A stretch of 64,000 nucleotides of DNA, taken from a virus (Duplodnaviria; Caudoviricetes). The stretch is taken from positions 341-64,340 of IMG/VR virus record IMGVR_UViG_3300048086_000017. The stretch is one strand, 5' to 3'. Each line of letters begins with the position of its first letter. Position 1 is the first letter of the stretch. The translations under genes were made by a program, and so were the position numbers. The notes below the pieces were generated by a model that was given only the letters and a program-made list of their open reading frames with translations, ran no database searches and was not told the origin of the DNA. Shown here piece after piece: positions 7,186 to 15,736 of the stretch.

Positions 7186-8031
7186 TCAGCACGCGGTTTC
7201 TCTCCCTCGTTTTTGTAGATAAATCTTCGCTTGATCTATCCCTTCTCGTATCATGTCCAGGTTAGTCCCCCAATTGGATAGAGGGTTCCATGCCTGTTTC
7301 AAGGTGTTGCATTTGTAGCAGGCGGGAACGCAATTACCCCAAACCGTTCCCTCCCCATGACCAAGTGGGATGAAATGCTCTAAGACGCTGTATGCCCCTT
7401 GGCAGTAGGCGCATCGCCAGTTATAGTGATCTAGTGTTTCTAGCCATTGCTCAAGAGTAAGCGTTGCGGGTAGATTGGCTCTGCTGGCTCTTGTATTGTG
7501 ATACTTTACCTTGCGCCTTTCCCCTTCAAGTATTCTTTCTCGTTCTCTTTTGCCCTCCTCCTCTGGGGTGATCTGCTGTGCTTGCTGTGTCTTCCCTGTA
7601 ACCTGGGAACGAATGCCTTGTGTGGTCTGATGAGTGGGAACGTCGTAAGCAGCATAGGCTAGCTCAACATTCTCTTTTTGATAGAGGATGCGCATGGTGC
7701 GATACCTGTGAGGGGTATAGGTATCATCAGTTGCATATTCTGCCGTAACATATCCTTTCTGGGCTAAGAATGCTAGCGCATTCTCTACTGCTTCAATTTC
7801 AAACAACTCAAACATATTTGCAGCCAACTCGGCAATCGTGCGTCGTGCCGCTGGTTTATATGCATCTGGGTCATCTGCCCACTCTATGGCTTCAAGGTAC
7901 GTGGCGTAAGTTGCGCTGATTGCGTCCAGTTGCATCGCTGCGCAATGGTTGTTATCACAAATCGTTACAAATTTTTTGCGAAGAAGGGCAATCGGGTCCC
8001 TTGTCTGGCTATAGAAGTCGTAGCTATTCAT
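7186..8031 (-). CDS. HNH endonuclease with N-terminal replication-initiator-like domain
   Basis: C-terminal CAYC...EHFIP..HGEGTVWGNCVPACYKCNTLK is HNH with zinc ligands. Confidence 0.85.
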   Translation of the reverse strand: MNSYDFYSQTRDPIALLRKKFVTICDNNHCAAMQLDAISATYATYLEAIEWADDPDAYKPAARRTIAELAANMFELFEIEAVENALAFLAQKGYVTAEYATDDTYTPHRYRTMRILYQKENVELAYAAYDVPTHQTTQGIRSQVTGKTQQAQQITPEEEGKRERERILEGERRKVKYHNTRASRANLPATLTLEQWLETLDHYNWRCAYCQGAYSVLEHFIPLGHGEGTVWGNCVPACYKCNTLKQAWNPLSNWGTNLDMIREGIDQAKIYLQKRGRETAC

Positions 8032-8082
8032 CGTTCAATTCCTCCAGTTTCTTTGACTTTTCAAAAACTCGTTTGAAAAGCC

Positions 8083-8131
8083 TTGACATCGTTACCGTTT
8101 CAGTATACACTAGTAAAGTACACAGTGTCAA
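8083..8131. promoter_or_regulatory. Overlapping divergent promoters with GntR-type operators
   Basis: Rightward TTGACA(8083)-17-TACACT(8106); leftward TTGACA(8131-8126)-18-TATACT(8107-8102); GTATAC and GTACAC cores. Confidence 0.7.
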
Positions 8132-8164
8132 GTGCAAATACACACCAATTTGAAAGGAATTTGA

Positions 8165-8893
8165 ATGGGGGAGAAATATACGGTTGAGTCAATGACCGAT
8201 GAGTTACGTGGTCGCATCCTTCATCGTGACTTTGGCACGAATGGGCCGATCCCAAAGGTTTCTGAACTTGCAAGAGGTTGGGGGACGTCACGAACAACGG
8301 TCTATCAGGTGGTACAAATGCTTCTTTCTGAGGGGCTACTCATCCCGAAGGGGACTGGCTATAATGTCAACTTTCCCATGCGCATCCCTGGCATCACCCC
8401 GACATTTGATAAATACCTTGTCGAGCAGGGGTTGCCCCCAAAGCAAGAGAACATTATTGAGCCTGAGCTAATCCAAATGCCTGATGAGATAGCGGCCATG
8501 TTCAAGCAGCCCAAAGGCGTGCATGTTGTGCATCGGATGAGGCGACAAGGAACGGTTGATATCCCCTATAGGCTCGCTGAAAACTGGTATCCCGCCAGTC
8601 TCGCCGCTGAATTTGTCGATGCCATGCGCAGAGACTCCAATCTCGATGTACTGAGCGAAATCAAGCGGGTGCATGGGGTGTATATCACGCAAGTGCATGA
8701 GGATGTCATAGGGCGTTTGCCCACGGCAAAAGAGGCAAGCGATTTGTCCATTGTGCGAACCGCGCCAGTCCTTGAAGTGCGTCGAAGTAACTTTGCAGCG
8801 GATGGAACGCCGATCATGTTCAACAAGATCATCTTTGTTGGCGCGTACTTCCTGCTCAGTTACGATTATCCTGCAAATCATTGGAGTGCGTAA
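8165..8893 (+). CDS. GntR-family (HutC subfamily, UTRA domain) transcriptional regulator, KorSA/TraR-like
   Basis: N-terminal wHTH (PKVSELARGWGTSRTTVYQVVQML..EGLL..KGTG); C-terminal UTRA pattern (RMRRQG..PY.LAENWYP; PVLEVRRSNFAADGTPIMFNKIIF). Confidence 0.9.
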   Translation: MGEKYTVESMTDELRGRILHRDFGTNGPIPKVSELARGWGTSRTTVYQVVQMLLSEGLLIPKGTGYNVNFPMRIPGITPTFDKYLVEQGLPPKQENIIEPELIQMPDEIAAMFKQPKGVHVVHRMRRQGTVDIPYRLAENWYPASLAAEFVDAMRRDSNLDVLSEIKRVHGVYITQVHEDVIGRLPTAKEASDLSIVRTAPVLEVRRSNFAADGTPIMFNKIIFVGAYFLLSYDYPANHWSA

Positions 8894-9031
8894 ATCGACG
8901 CAAGAGCGGTGATGTATCAGATCACCGCCCCTGCTGACCTAAGAATGGCGACAAACCCGCCTTTCAAGAGGCTACCCTCTATCATAAGGGTATCGCTCCT
9001 GAAAAGGCAAGATGAACAGGAGAGATACCCT

Positions 9032-9229
9032 ATGTTTACGAGACAAGCATCCTACGAACCCGAAGTAAAGACCTACGACGAACCCGAAGAAGAGCAGTAC
9101 CGTGTCGCGTGCGCTTGGTGCGAAGAAGAGCAGGGCGTGCATAGTTTCGGGTCTCATGGCATTTGCCCAGAACATGCAGAAGCCATGATGGAAGAGCATC
9201 GAGCACGGATAGCCAGGAGGGCGGCATGA
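9032..9229 (+). CDS. Small Cys/His protein
   Basis: CAWC...SHGICPEH; RBS AGGAGA. Confidence 0.7.
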   Translation: MFTRQASYEPEVKTYDEPEEEQYRVACAWCEEEQGVHSFGSHGICPEHAEAMMEEHRARIARRAA

Positions 9230-9456
9230 GCAAGCAAGAAGTCTTGGCATTGTTGAAGAAGGCGTATACGCACAAAGGGGATAAGCATACGGTGCATGAG
9301 GTGCAAGTTATTCTAGAGGATGCTCTGGTGCCAGGAGAGCATCCCCATGCCGCGGACTTCGCAGACGCCTATGTCGATTGGTACTATTCGGGGGTGGCAC
9401 CAACACTTGACTTGGTGGATGAATTGCTGGCAATCGCGCAAGGAGGGCGAGCATGA
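9226..9456 (+). CDS. Hypothetical protein
   Basis: RBS AGGAGG, ATGA overlap. Confidence 0.7.
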   Translation: MSKQEVLALLKKAYTHKGDKHTVHEVQVILEDALVPGEHPHAADFADAYVDWYYSGVAPTLDLVDELLAIAQGGRA

Positions 9457-9677
9457 GGATCATCTACCTCGATATCCGCGCCTACCCGCCAGAGGAGTAT
9501 GAGGCGGAAGTCCTTGCCCTCGATAAGCACGCGCTCTGTATTGTAAGCGAGCGCGACGGGTGCGAGGGCTTCATACGATGGGACTCAGTGATAAGGATTT
9601 TGCAACAAGAGGAGGGCAGCGATGCCAAACATCAATCTGTTGAAGAAAGTACCACACACACAGGAAGGAACAACTAA
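9453..9677 (+). CDS. Hypothetical protein
   Basis: RBS GGAGG, ATGA overlap. Confidence 0.65.
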   Translation: MRIIYLDIRAYPPEEYEAEVLALDKHALCIVSERDGCEGFIRWDSVIRILQQEEGSDAKHQSVEESTTHTGRNN

Positions 9678-9678
9678 G

Positions 9679-10200
9679 ATGGCAGAAGGAACGACAACTA
9701 CCGCGACCATCAAACCATCCGCACGCGGGGCCGTACCACCTTTGGGATTGTTCATTGTAGGCGTCATTGCCCTGCTCTTCTGGGCATGGGGCAACCTCGT
9801 TCAAATCCAGACCAGTGAAGCCTTTCTGTTGGGCGGCGGCAACATCTCGCTTGTCCCCAATTTGCACGTCCTCAATCAGCCATTTGACTTCTTTCATGGT
9901 ACGCTCTCGCCCGATCTGATGAAGGCTGCGACCTGGGCATGGGGGTTAGAGGGATTGTTGCTAGTGGTCTCGATTGGTGTTGAGTACTCGCACATTGTCC
10001 AGAAGCACGCCCGCTGGTTTAATACTGGCGCGATCATCCTGCTTGTGCTTAACTCTATCGCTGATTACCAGTATGGCAGTGTGCAAACCGGATTTTGGGG
10101 GCAAGTGGCCTTTGCCGCGATGACCCTGTTCATGAGCTTTTTTATGGGATTGGTCGGAATACATCTCATCTGGTCCTCGTTTAGCGGGGCGAAACACTAA
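9679..10200 (+). CDS. Four-TM membrane protein (Spd-like candidate)
   Basis: Four hydrophobic segments; immediately upstream of the ATPase. Confidence 0.7.
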   Translation: MAEGTTTTATIKPSARGAVPPLGLFIVGVIALLFWAWGNLVQIQTSEAFLLGGGNISLVPNLHVLNQPFDFFHGTLSPDLMKAATWAWGLEGLLLVVSIGVEYSHIVQKHARWFNTGAIILLVLNSIADYQYGSVQTGFWGQVAFAAMTLFMSFFMGLVGIHLIWSSFSGAKH

Positions 10201-10205
10201 GGAGC

Positions 10206-11870
10206 ATGACGATGCAAGACGATATGCAGCACGAAGAGAACGAGCAGGGGAATGCAACCTCGTTCCAGATGAAAGCGGGTTTAGGGGCTGGCACGTTTGC
10301 GACGGGCGCATTCCTCGATCTTGCCGTCGCGCATGGCAATCCAGTCGGCATGATGCTTGCTGGACTTGCCACCTATGTAGCGGTCAAGCATGGCCCTGAA
10401 TTGATCGAAAAGGCGAGGGGGATTGTTCCCATCAAGCCTGTTCTCCCAACGCGTGAAGTGACCTTGCTTGCCTCATCGCAGAAACGCACGTTTGTGCAGC
10501 GGTGGTTGGGCATTTATCCCGATCAGGCAGAGGAAGAGGAGCCAGACGGCAAGCCATCCCCGCATTATGAGCCTGCTACCGCTGCATATGATCTTGAGAG
10601 AGAGGAGCCAACGGTGCTCATGCAGCAACCACGCAAAGCCATTCAACTCAACACCTCCCAAATCCAGGATATCAACGACGTGGTCGGCAAGGCCATTTTC
10701 ATCGCGGGTATCCGACGTTCAGGGAAAACCACACTCGGCGCTCGCATTGCAGAGGAGTTGGGCAAACATTTTATCCCGTTGCTTCTCCCCGATATGGAGG
10801 GCGATCTGCTTGCTTTGGCGGCAGTCCTTCCCCGCGCTCTTATCGTTGGGCACCCCGACGCGGATACGAGCCAGTATCCAGGCCCGCGCTTTGCCGGTGT
10901 CACGTCCCAACATGCGCAAAGCCTGGGCTATGACATTCTGGATAAGGGCTTTCAGGTCATCCTTGATCTTGCCTCGTATCCGACGCTGGAAGAGGGCATC
11001 ATGGTTCAGGTAGGATGCATTCGCGGCATGATTGCCTGGGCTGACGCACATCCTGGGCTGCGCTGCCCCTCTCACGTCTACCTTGACGAAGCGCAGCGCT
11101 ACCTGCCCCAAACGCTGGGCGACTCAGTCATTCAGGATAAAGCGGTTGTGGGCGAACTGCTCCGCGCCTATATGGATGTGATTGCTATTGGTGGCAAACG
11201 GGGCATAGCGCCTGTCATCCTGACACAGCGGTTTGCTCAAGTCAATAAAAAGATCATGGCTCAGTCGGAAGTCTTCTTCTTGATGCGACAAACCCATGAT
11301 AAGGATTTGGAGCGCTGTATGGAGTATGTGAAGAAGACGACAGCAACAGAGGAAGCCATTTCAAAGTTCAAGCAGGGCCAGGGCGTCTACATTGCCGCCG
11401 ATGGGATGCAACAGGTGTGTCAGTTCCTCCCCCGTCGCTCGAATAGTGCGCGTTCCTCTACCCCCAAGGCCGAGGCAGCAGATCGCTATGCGGATATGCC
11501 CCTTACGTTGTCGCAACGCCCCTTGCGTCCTGATATGGAGCGGGCGCAACCTGAAAACATGACGCGTAACGCAACGCAAGAGGATCGCAATTTTTACGCT
11601 CAACGCAACGACGCAACGCGCAACGGCAACGCGCAACAAAATACAGCGCGTCCTGATATGGGGCGGGCGCAACCAGCGCAAAGTAGCGCAACGGGTGCAA
11701 ACTTCAAGTACCAACTGGCCGAGCGGCAAATCATTGAGATTTTCGCCCTTTATCCCGATATCATCAGAAATAAAGATCATGCATTGGCAAAGGTGGGGGC
11801 AAATAGTGCCTATCGTGACCACTTCAACTTTTTAATCCAGCAACGCAGAGACAAGAGAGGACATAACTAA
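10206..11870 (+). CDS. Membrane-anchored HerA/FtsK/VirB4-superfamily ATPase (Tra-like DNA translocase candidate)
   Basis: N-terminal hydrophobic hairpin; Walker A GIRRSGKTT; Walker B VYLDEAQRY; GGKRGIAPVILTQR; FFLMRQ; short helical C-terminal domain. Confidence 0.85.
   Translation: MTMQDDMQHEENEQGNATSFQMKAGLGAGTFATGAFLDLAVAHGNPVGMMLAGLATYVAVKHGPELIEKARGIVPIKPVLPTREVTLLASSQKRTFVQRWLGIYPDQAEEEEPDGKPSPHYEPATAAYDLEREEPTVLMQQPRKAIQLNTSQIQDINDVVGKAIFIAGIRRSGKTTLGARIAEELGKHFIPLLLPDMEGDLLALAAVLPRALIVGHPDADTSQYPGPRFAGVTSQHAQSLGYDILDKGFQVILDLASYPTLEEGIMVQVGCIRGMIAWADAHPGLRCPSHVYLDEAQRYLPQTLGDSVIQDKAVVGELLRAYMDVIAIGGKRGIAPVILTQRFAQVNKKIMAQSEVFFLMRQTHDKDLERCMEYVKKTTATEEAISKFKQGQGVYIAADGMQQVCQFLPRRSNSARSSTPKAEAADRYADMPLTLSQRPLRPDMERAQPENMTRNATQEDRNFYAQRNDATRNGNAQQNTARPDMGRAQPAQSSATGANFKYQLAERQIIEIFALYPDIIRNKDHALAKVGANSAYRDHFNFLIQQRRDKRGHN
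11512..11692 (+). repeat. Cluster of nine same-strand CGCAAC hexamers plus a 27-bp near-direct repeat
   Basis: CGCAAC at 11512, 11545, 11570, 11604, 11612, 11619, 11632, 11668, 11687; GCGTCCTGATATGG(A/G)GCGGGCGCAACC twice. Confidence 0.85.
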
Positions 11871-11871
11871 C

Positions 11872-12342
11872 ATGCCAAACAAACAGACAGCAACATTCCC
11901 ATTTGATTTCATTGTCATGTGGGTTCGCCCGAATATCGCACAGATGAAGCCTGAACGCTGCATGTTCTGCAAGGAGCAAGGCGTTTACCGTCTCTATCAA
12001 ACAGTGAGCATGAAACATATTCTCGATCATGGGATGGATGCCGCGTGGCGTAATGCTATCGCCCGTCAACTGAGAGGCGATTATGCCTTTGGTCTCTATC
12101 AGCCCGTGTGCTTAGAGCATTGTATCCAGTTTGCGGCCATTCAATTAGGGAAGCAGAGGCCAATTCAGCAACTCTTGAGCAATGCCTCTTTGGTAAAAAA
12201 GCAGCAAGAGATTGACCTCTCCCTTGTGATTGTAAGCACCGTTCGTTCGCTCGATGATGAGGGGGATAATTGGGTGGTAGCTGCCCCCAACACCACGATT
12301 GAAGAGGTGGTTGCTCATCTCAAAACCGTAAAAAGACCGTAG
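11872..12342 (+). CDS. Hypothetical protein
   Basis: RBS GAGAGGA; follows the ATPase. Confidence 0.7.
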   Translation: MPNKQTATFPFDFIVMWVRPNIAQMKPERCMFCKEQGVYRLYQTVSMKHILDHGMDAAWRNAIARQLRGDYAFGLYQPVCLEHCIQFAAIQLGKQRPIQQLLSNASLVKKQQEIDLSLVIVSTVRSLDDEGDNWVVAAPNTTIEEVVAHLKTVKRP

Positions 12343-12446
12343 GCAGAAAGGAAGGACTCATATCATGACTAAAGGACAAGTGGCGACGGCCTTCAAGAGC
12401 GTGTGGAAGAGTCTCATTTCGTGGGGCTGGACGAAAGGGGCAGGAT

Positions 12447-13247
12447 ATGAGGGGTAAATTCTACGTCTATGGGTTGTACTATCCCGAAAACATGGGCGGG
12501 CGATGCTTCTATGTAGGCAAGGGGCAAGGCAACCGGATACATGACCATGAGAGAGAAGCAAAGGGATTGATGAAAGAATATAACCCTTACAAGTGTAATG
12601 TTATTCGCAAGATATGGGCGAAGGGGGAACAGATACAGAAAATCAAACTCGCTCACTTTCTGATAGAAGAAGATGCTTTCGCCTATGAAACGGCTCTCAT
12701 ATTCTTCACGCCAGGGTTAGCTAATCTTACGGATGGTGGCGAAGGCAGATCAGGGTCCGTGAGATCGGAGGAGGAGCGACAGCGAATCAGCAAATCCCTC
12801 ATGGGGCATGGATGCTCAGATGAGACACGGGAACTGATGAGCCGCAACAGAAAGGGGAGGGTGATCTCAGCATCCCATCGGCGTGCGCTTCTTGAGTCTA
12901 TAACAGGGAAAAAGTTATCAGAAGAGACACGGCGGAAAATAAGTGAAGCGAACAAAGGGAGATCGCTCTCGGAAGAACATCGCCAAAAGGTCAGTGATTC
13001 CCACAAGGGGAAGCCGCTTTCAGAAGAACATCGCAAGAAACTCAGTGAAGCCCAACAGAAGAGACCGCCTGACTCAGAGGCAACGTTGCGCAAAAGAGCA
13101 GAAAGTATAAAAAAGAGCTGGACTGAGGAGAAGCGAAAGCAGGTAAGTGAATCCTTGCGGGGGCATGAGGTATCAGAAGAAACACGCCGCAAGATTAGGG
13201 AAACAAAAAGATTGGCAAGGGAAAACAAAAAGGAGCAGGCATCATGA
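12447..13247 (+). CDS. GIY-YIG (LEM-3-like) homing endonuclease with NUMOD3 repeats
   Basis: FYVYGL...FYVGKG...RIHDH..EA; repeated SEETRRKISEANKG / SEEHRQKVS / SEEHRKKLSEA. Confidence 0.85.
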   Translation: MRGKFYVYGLYYPENMGGRCFYVGKGQGNRIHDHEREAKGLMKEYNPYKCNVIRKIWAKGEQIQKIKLAHFLIEEDAFAYETALIFFTPGLANLTDGGEGRSGSVRSEEERQRISKSLMGHGCSDETRELMSRNRKGRVISASHRRALLESITGKKLSEETRRKISEANKGRSLSEEHRQKVSDSHKGKPLSEEHRKKLSEAQQKRPPDSEATLRKRAESIKKSWTEEKRKQVSESLRGHEVSEETRRKIRETKRLARENKKEQAS

Positions 13248-14365
13248 ATGTGGAACCGCTAAAAAACATCTGGGACTCTCTTCTTCATTGGCGCTGGTCG
13301 AAATCGTTGTTGCACTGGATCATTATAAGCGCGGGCACGATGGCCGAGTGTGTGTTTCTCATCGCTAGCCTTTGGGTATCGGTCAATGCCAACGTACATA
13401 AATTTGTCCTCCTCTTCATCAATGAGGACACAACCATTCACTTAACCGAACTGGCAACGACGGCGTATGTTGCCTTGCCTGAATGTATCGTTGCTTTGGC
13501 AGTGGTAACGACGCTCTCTCATCTGCGTATGGTGAGAGTGGATAAGCGAGCAATCATCTGGAGTATTCTGTTTGGATTACCGACTCTGGTCTTTCTGGTT
13601 TTATCCCTGGTGACCCTCTGGAATGCAGTCCAATCGGTCACGTTTGAAATGCCGGCGCCACTCGTTTCGACTCGCGCATTAGCTGGTTATACCTTCGCCT
13701 TTGCCAGCCTCTTATACACGCAAATAGGCATTCCTCAAGAGAAAGATAGACTGTCTAAGAAGGATGAATTGATTGCCGATCTGCGAAATGAAATGGCGCA
13801 AAGCCGGGCCGATCTCATCCGAGAAAAAGAGGAAATGCTGACGGCATTGGTGACTTCAAAGGATGCCAAAATTGCAGAATTGCAAAACTTCATCCAGCAG
13901 ATAAGCCATGAATTGAGCCAGCAAAAAGAGCTTTTAACTGAAAGCAAAACCGTTCAATCGGAATTGCTAAAAGCCGTGAATAAATCGTCGGAAGATGCGC
14001 TGGCAGGGTATTCAGAAGCATGCAAAGAATGGATAAAGAGCGGGACAAAAACCGTTTTGATCGATGAGATAACCAAGTTTACGGGGCATTCAAAACGCAA
14101 GATTGCCAGTGCCATAACGAATGGTATTCTTGCGGTATCGTCCCGCAATAAAGATTTAATACTCATCTCTTCACTCATCGAATGGCTCAAGAATACCCCG
14201 CCTATTCTCTCTTTATCCGAGACGAATAACGGCGCGAAACCCGACCCATTGACCACCGTAAAAGACGTCTTTCGTATGCAGGAAATGGAAGTCACTACCG
14301 ACGCGTTGGATACCGTCACGGTGTCAACCAATGGACACACAAACGGACACCAGAAAGGATCATGA
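13244..14365 (+). CDS. Four-TM + coiled-coil + C-terminal HTH protein (SpdB2-like architecture)
   Basis: Four hydrophobic helices, ~90-aa heptad region, then TVLIDEITKFTGHSKRKIASAITNGIL...ILISSLIEWL. Confidence 0.7.
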   Translation: MNVEPLKNIWDSLLHWRWSKSLLHWIIISAGTMAECVFLIASLWVSVNANVHKFVLLFINEDTTIHLTELATTAYVALPECIVALAVVTTLSHLRMVRVDKRAIIWSILFGLPTLVFLVLSLVTLWNAVQSVTFEMPAPLVSTRALAGYTFAFASLLYTQIGIPQEKDRLSKKDELIADLRNEMAQSRADLIREKEEMLTALVTSKDAKIAELQNFIQQISHELSQQKELLTESKTVQSELLKAVNKSSEDALAGYSEACKEWIKSGTKTVLIDEITKFTGHSKRKIASAITNGILAVSSRNKDLILISSLIEWLKNTPPILSLSETNNGAKPDPLTTVKDVFRMQEMEVTTDALDTVTVSTNGHTNGHQKGS

Positions 14366-14559
14366 CCATGAGCATTTCTGACAAAGCAAAGGAATTTGTG
14401 AGAAACATCGTAACGGGCGAGCCACCAGTTGATGAAGAATGGATGAGACTCGTTGAAGAGGAGCATGAAGAAATGGAGCGTATCAAAGTAGGGGATAACG
14501 AGTACTATTGTGGGCTACATGGCGTGCAACCCCTTGAACATTTCCCATGTAGCGGATAG
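14362..14559 (+). CDS. Hypothetical small protein
   Basis: ATGA overlap; C-terminal YCGLHG...C. Confidence 0.6.
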   Translation: MTMSISDKAKEFVRNIVTGEPPVDEEWMRLVEEEHEEMERIKVGDNEYYCGLHGVQPLEHFPCSG

Positions 14560-14602
14560 AATAGAGCCACGTGTTTTCGAGACACAAAGTAAAACTGTAA
14601 AG

Positions 14603-14631
14603 GCCCCGATGAGAGCGATCCTCATCGGGGC
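14603..14631. terminator. Hairpin ending the GntR operon
   Basis: GCCCCGATGAG / CTCATCGGGGC. Confidence 0.6.
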
Positions 14632-14750
14632 TTCCGCCATTTTAACACATCCCTCTCAAAAGATACGTAAGGTGATTACGTAATTCCCCTGATGACATCC
14701 CCCCTTCCCTCTGTGATTATAGTCCCGTTTGATCGATTGACAGTTGACCC

Positions 14751-15005
14751 ATGCGTGAGACAATCGAGAGGGATGGAATGCTGAAAGATGGATGCACGTA
14801 CTACCATCACGTCTTTGTGACAGAGCAGGGCGTGACACACACGCTAGAGGTATGCAATGGGGTTGCCCTCCTCACAGCTGCGCAGCCGATGATAGACGGG
14901 GTAGCGATGCCCGACGCGGTGATCTTTGAATGGAGTGAGAATGATCTGAGGGCATTTACGCAGATGGTAGGGGAGTTGCTTACCCTCATGGGGAGAAGGG
15001 CGTAG
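14751..15005 (+). CDS. Hypothetical protein
   Basis: ORF track; followed by strong hairpin. Confidence 0.6.
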   Translation: MRETIERDGMLKDGCTYYHHVFVTEQGVTHTLEVCNGVALLTAAQPMIDGVAMPDAVIFEWSENDLRAFTQMVGELLTLMGRRA

Positions 15006-15009
15006 CACA

Positions 15010-15054
15010 CAACAAGGCGCCTGCTAGTTCATAACGCTAGCAGGCGCCTTGTTG
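15010..15054. terminator. Bidirectional terminator
   Basis: 18-bp perfect stem CAACAAGGCGCCTGCTAG / CTAGCAGGCGCCTTGTTG. Confidence 0.75.
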
Positions 15055-15223
15055 TACCATAGGTTCAAGTCAGAAGTGGAGGTCAGGCCGTGTGGGGCTT
15101 GTGCAGGGTGTCAGCCTGCGCACCACGTCCTACCAACCAGCATACCACGCTCAACCCGCTTGACGCCTGCAAAATATCGCACAATCCAGCGATGTGAGGA
15201 CGCGATTTTTGACATGCCCCCCC

Positions 15224-15253
15224 TTGCCAATTATTTTGTAGCTATGTTATAAT
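15224..15253 (+). promoter_or_regulatory. Extended -10 promoter, copy 1
   Basis: TTGCCA-ATTATTTTGTAGCTATGT-TATAAT. Confidence 0.7.
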
Positions 15254-15300
15254 GGCATGCATGGGGGTGAAAACCCCGATATCATGCAAAAGGGGAAGAC

Positions 15301-15675
15301 ATGACAGTTATGGCAGAAAAACCCGCGAGGCGTAAACGGCATGTGGGGAGGCCAGCAGTGAAGCAGCGAGAAGATATGCAATCCCTGCACATCCGCATAC
15401 CCGCCCGCGTCTATATCCAGTTACTAGAAGCCAAGCCAGACGAGCAGGCGATCACCTCCTATATCTTACAGGCCATTTTAGACCGGCCTGAAATACGCGC
15501 GGCCTTCACACAAGAGGAGATAGCGCAGTTTCTCGCACCCTCTCAGGCAGTCGTCAAACAAGAACGGGCAAAGCAACTGAAGGATGAGGGCATGGCGGTT
15601 GCGGACATTGCCAAGCAACTTCACGTGCCACGCCAAACCGTTTACTCATGGCTGCGCAAGAACGGGGAGACCTGA
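15301..15675 (+). CDS. DNA-binding protein (RHH-like N-terminus, C-terminal HTH)
   Basis: LHIRIPARVYIQL; EGMAVADIAKQLHVPRQTVYSWL. Confidence 0.8.
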   Translation: MTVMAEKPARRKRHVGRPAVKQREDMQSLHIRIPARVYIQLLEAKPDEQAITSYILQAILDRPEIRAAFTQEEIAQFLAPSQAVVKQERAKQLKDEGMAVADIAKQLHVPRQTVYSWLRKNGET

Positions 15676-15706
15676 CCCCTCCACTTCTCTCTCTTTTTTG
15701 TCAGGG

Positions 15707-15736
15707 TTGACAATTATTTTGTTGGTATGTTATAAT
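15707..15736 (+). promoter_or_regulatory. Extended -10 promoter, copy 2
   Basis: TTGACA-ATTATTTTGTTGGTATGT-TATAAT; near-identical to 15224-15253. Confidence 0.75.

Noticed and set aside
12850-13200. Periodic TCAGAAGA...CGC repeats
   Set aside because: They are in frame and encode NUMOD3 peptide repeats; not a CRISPR array.
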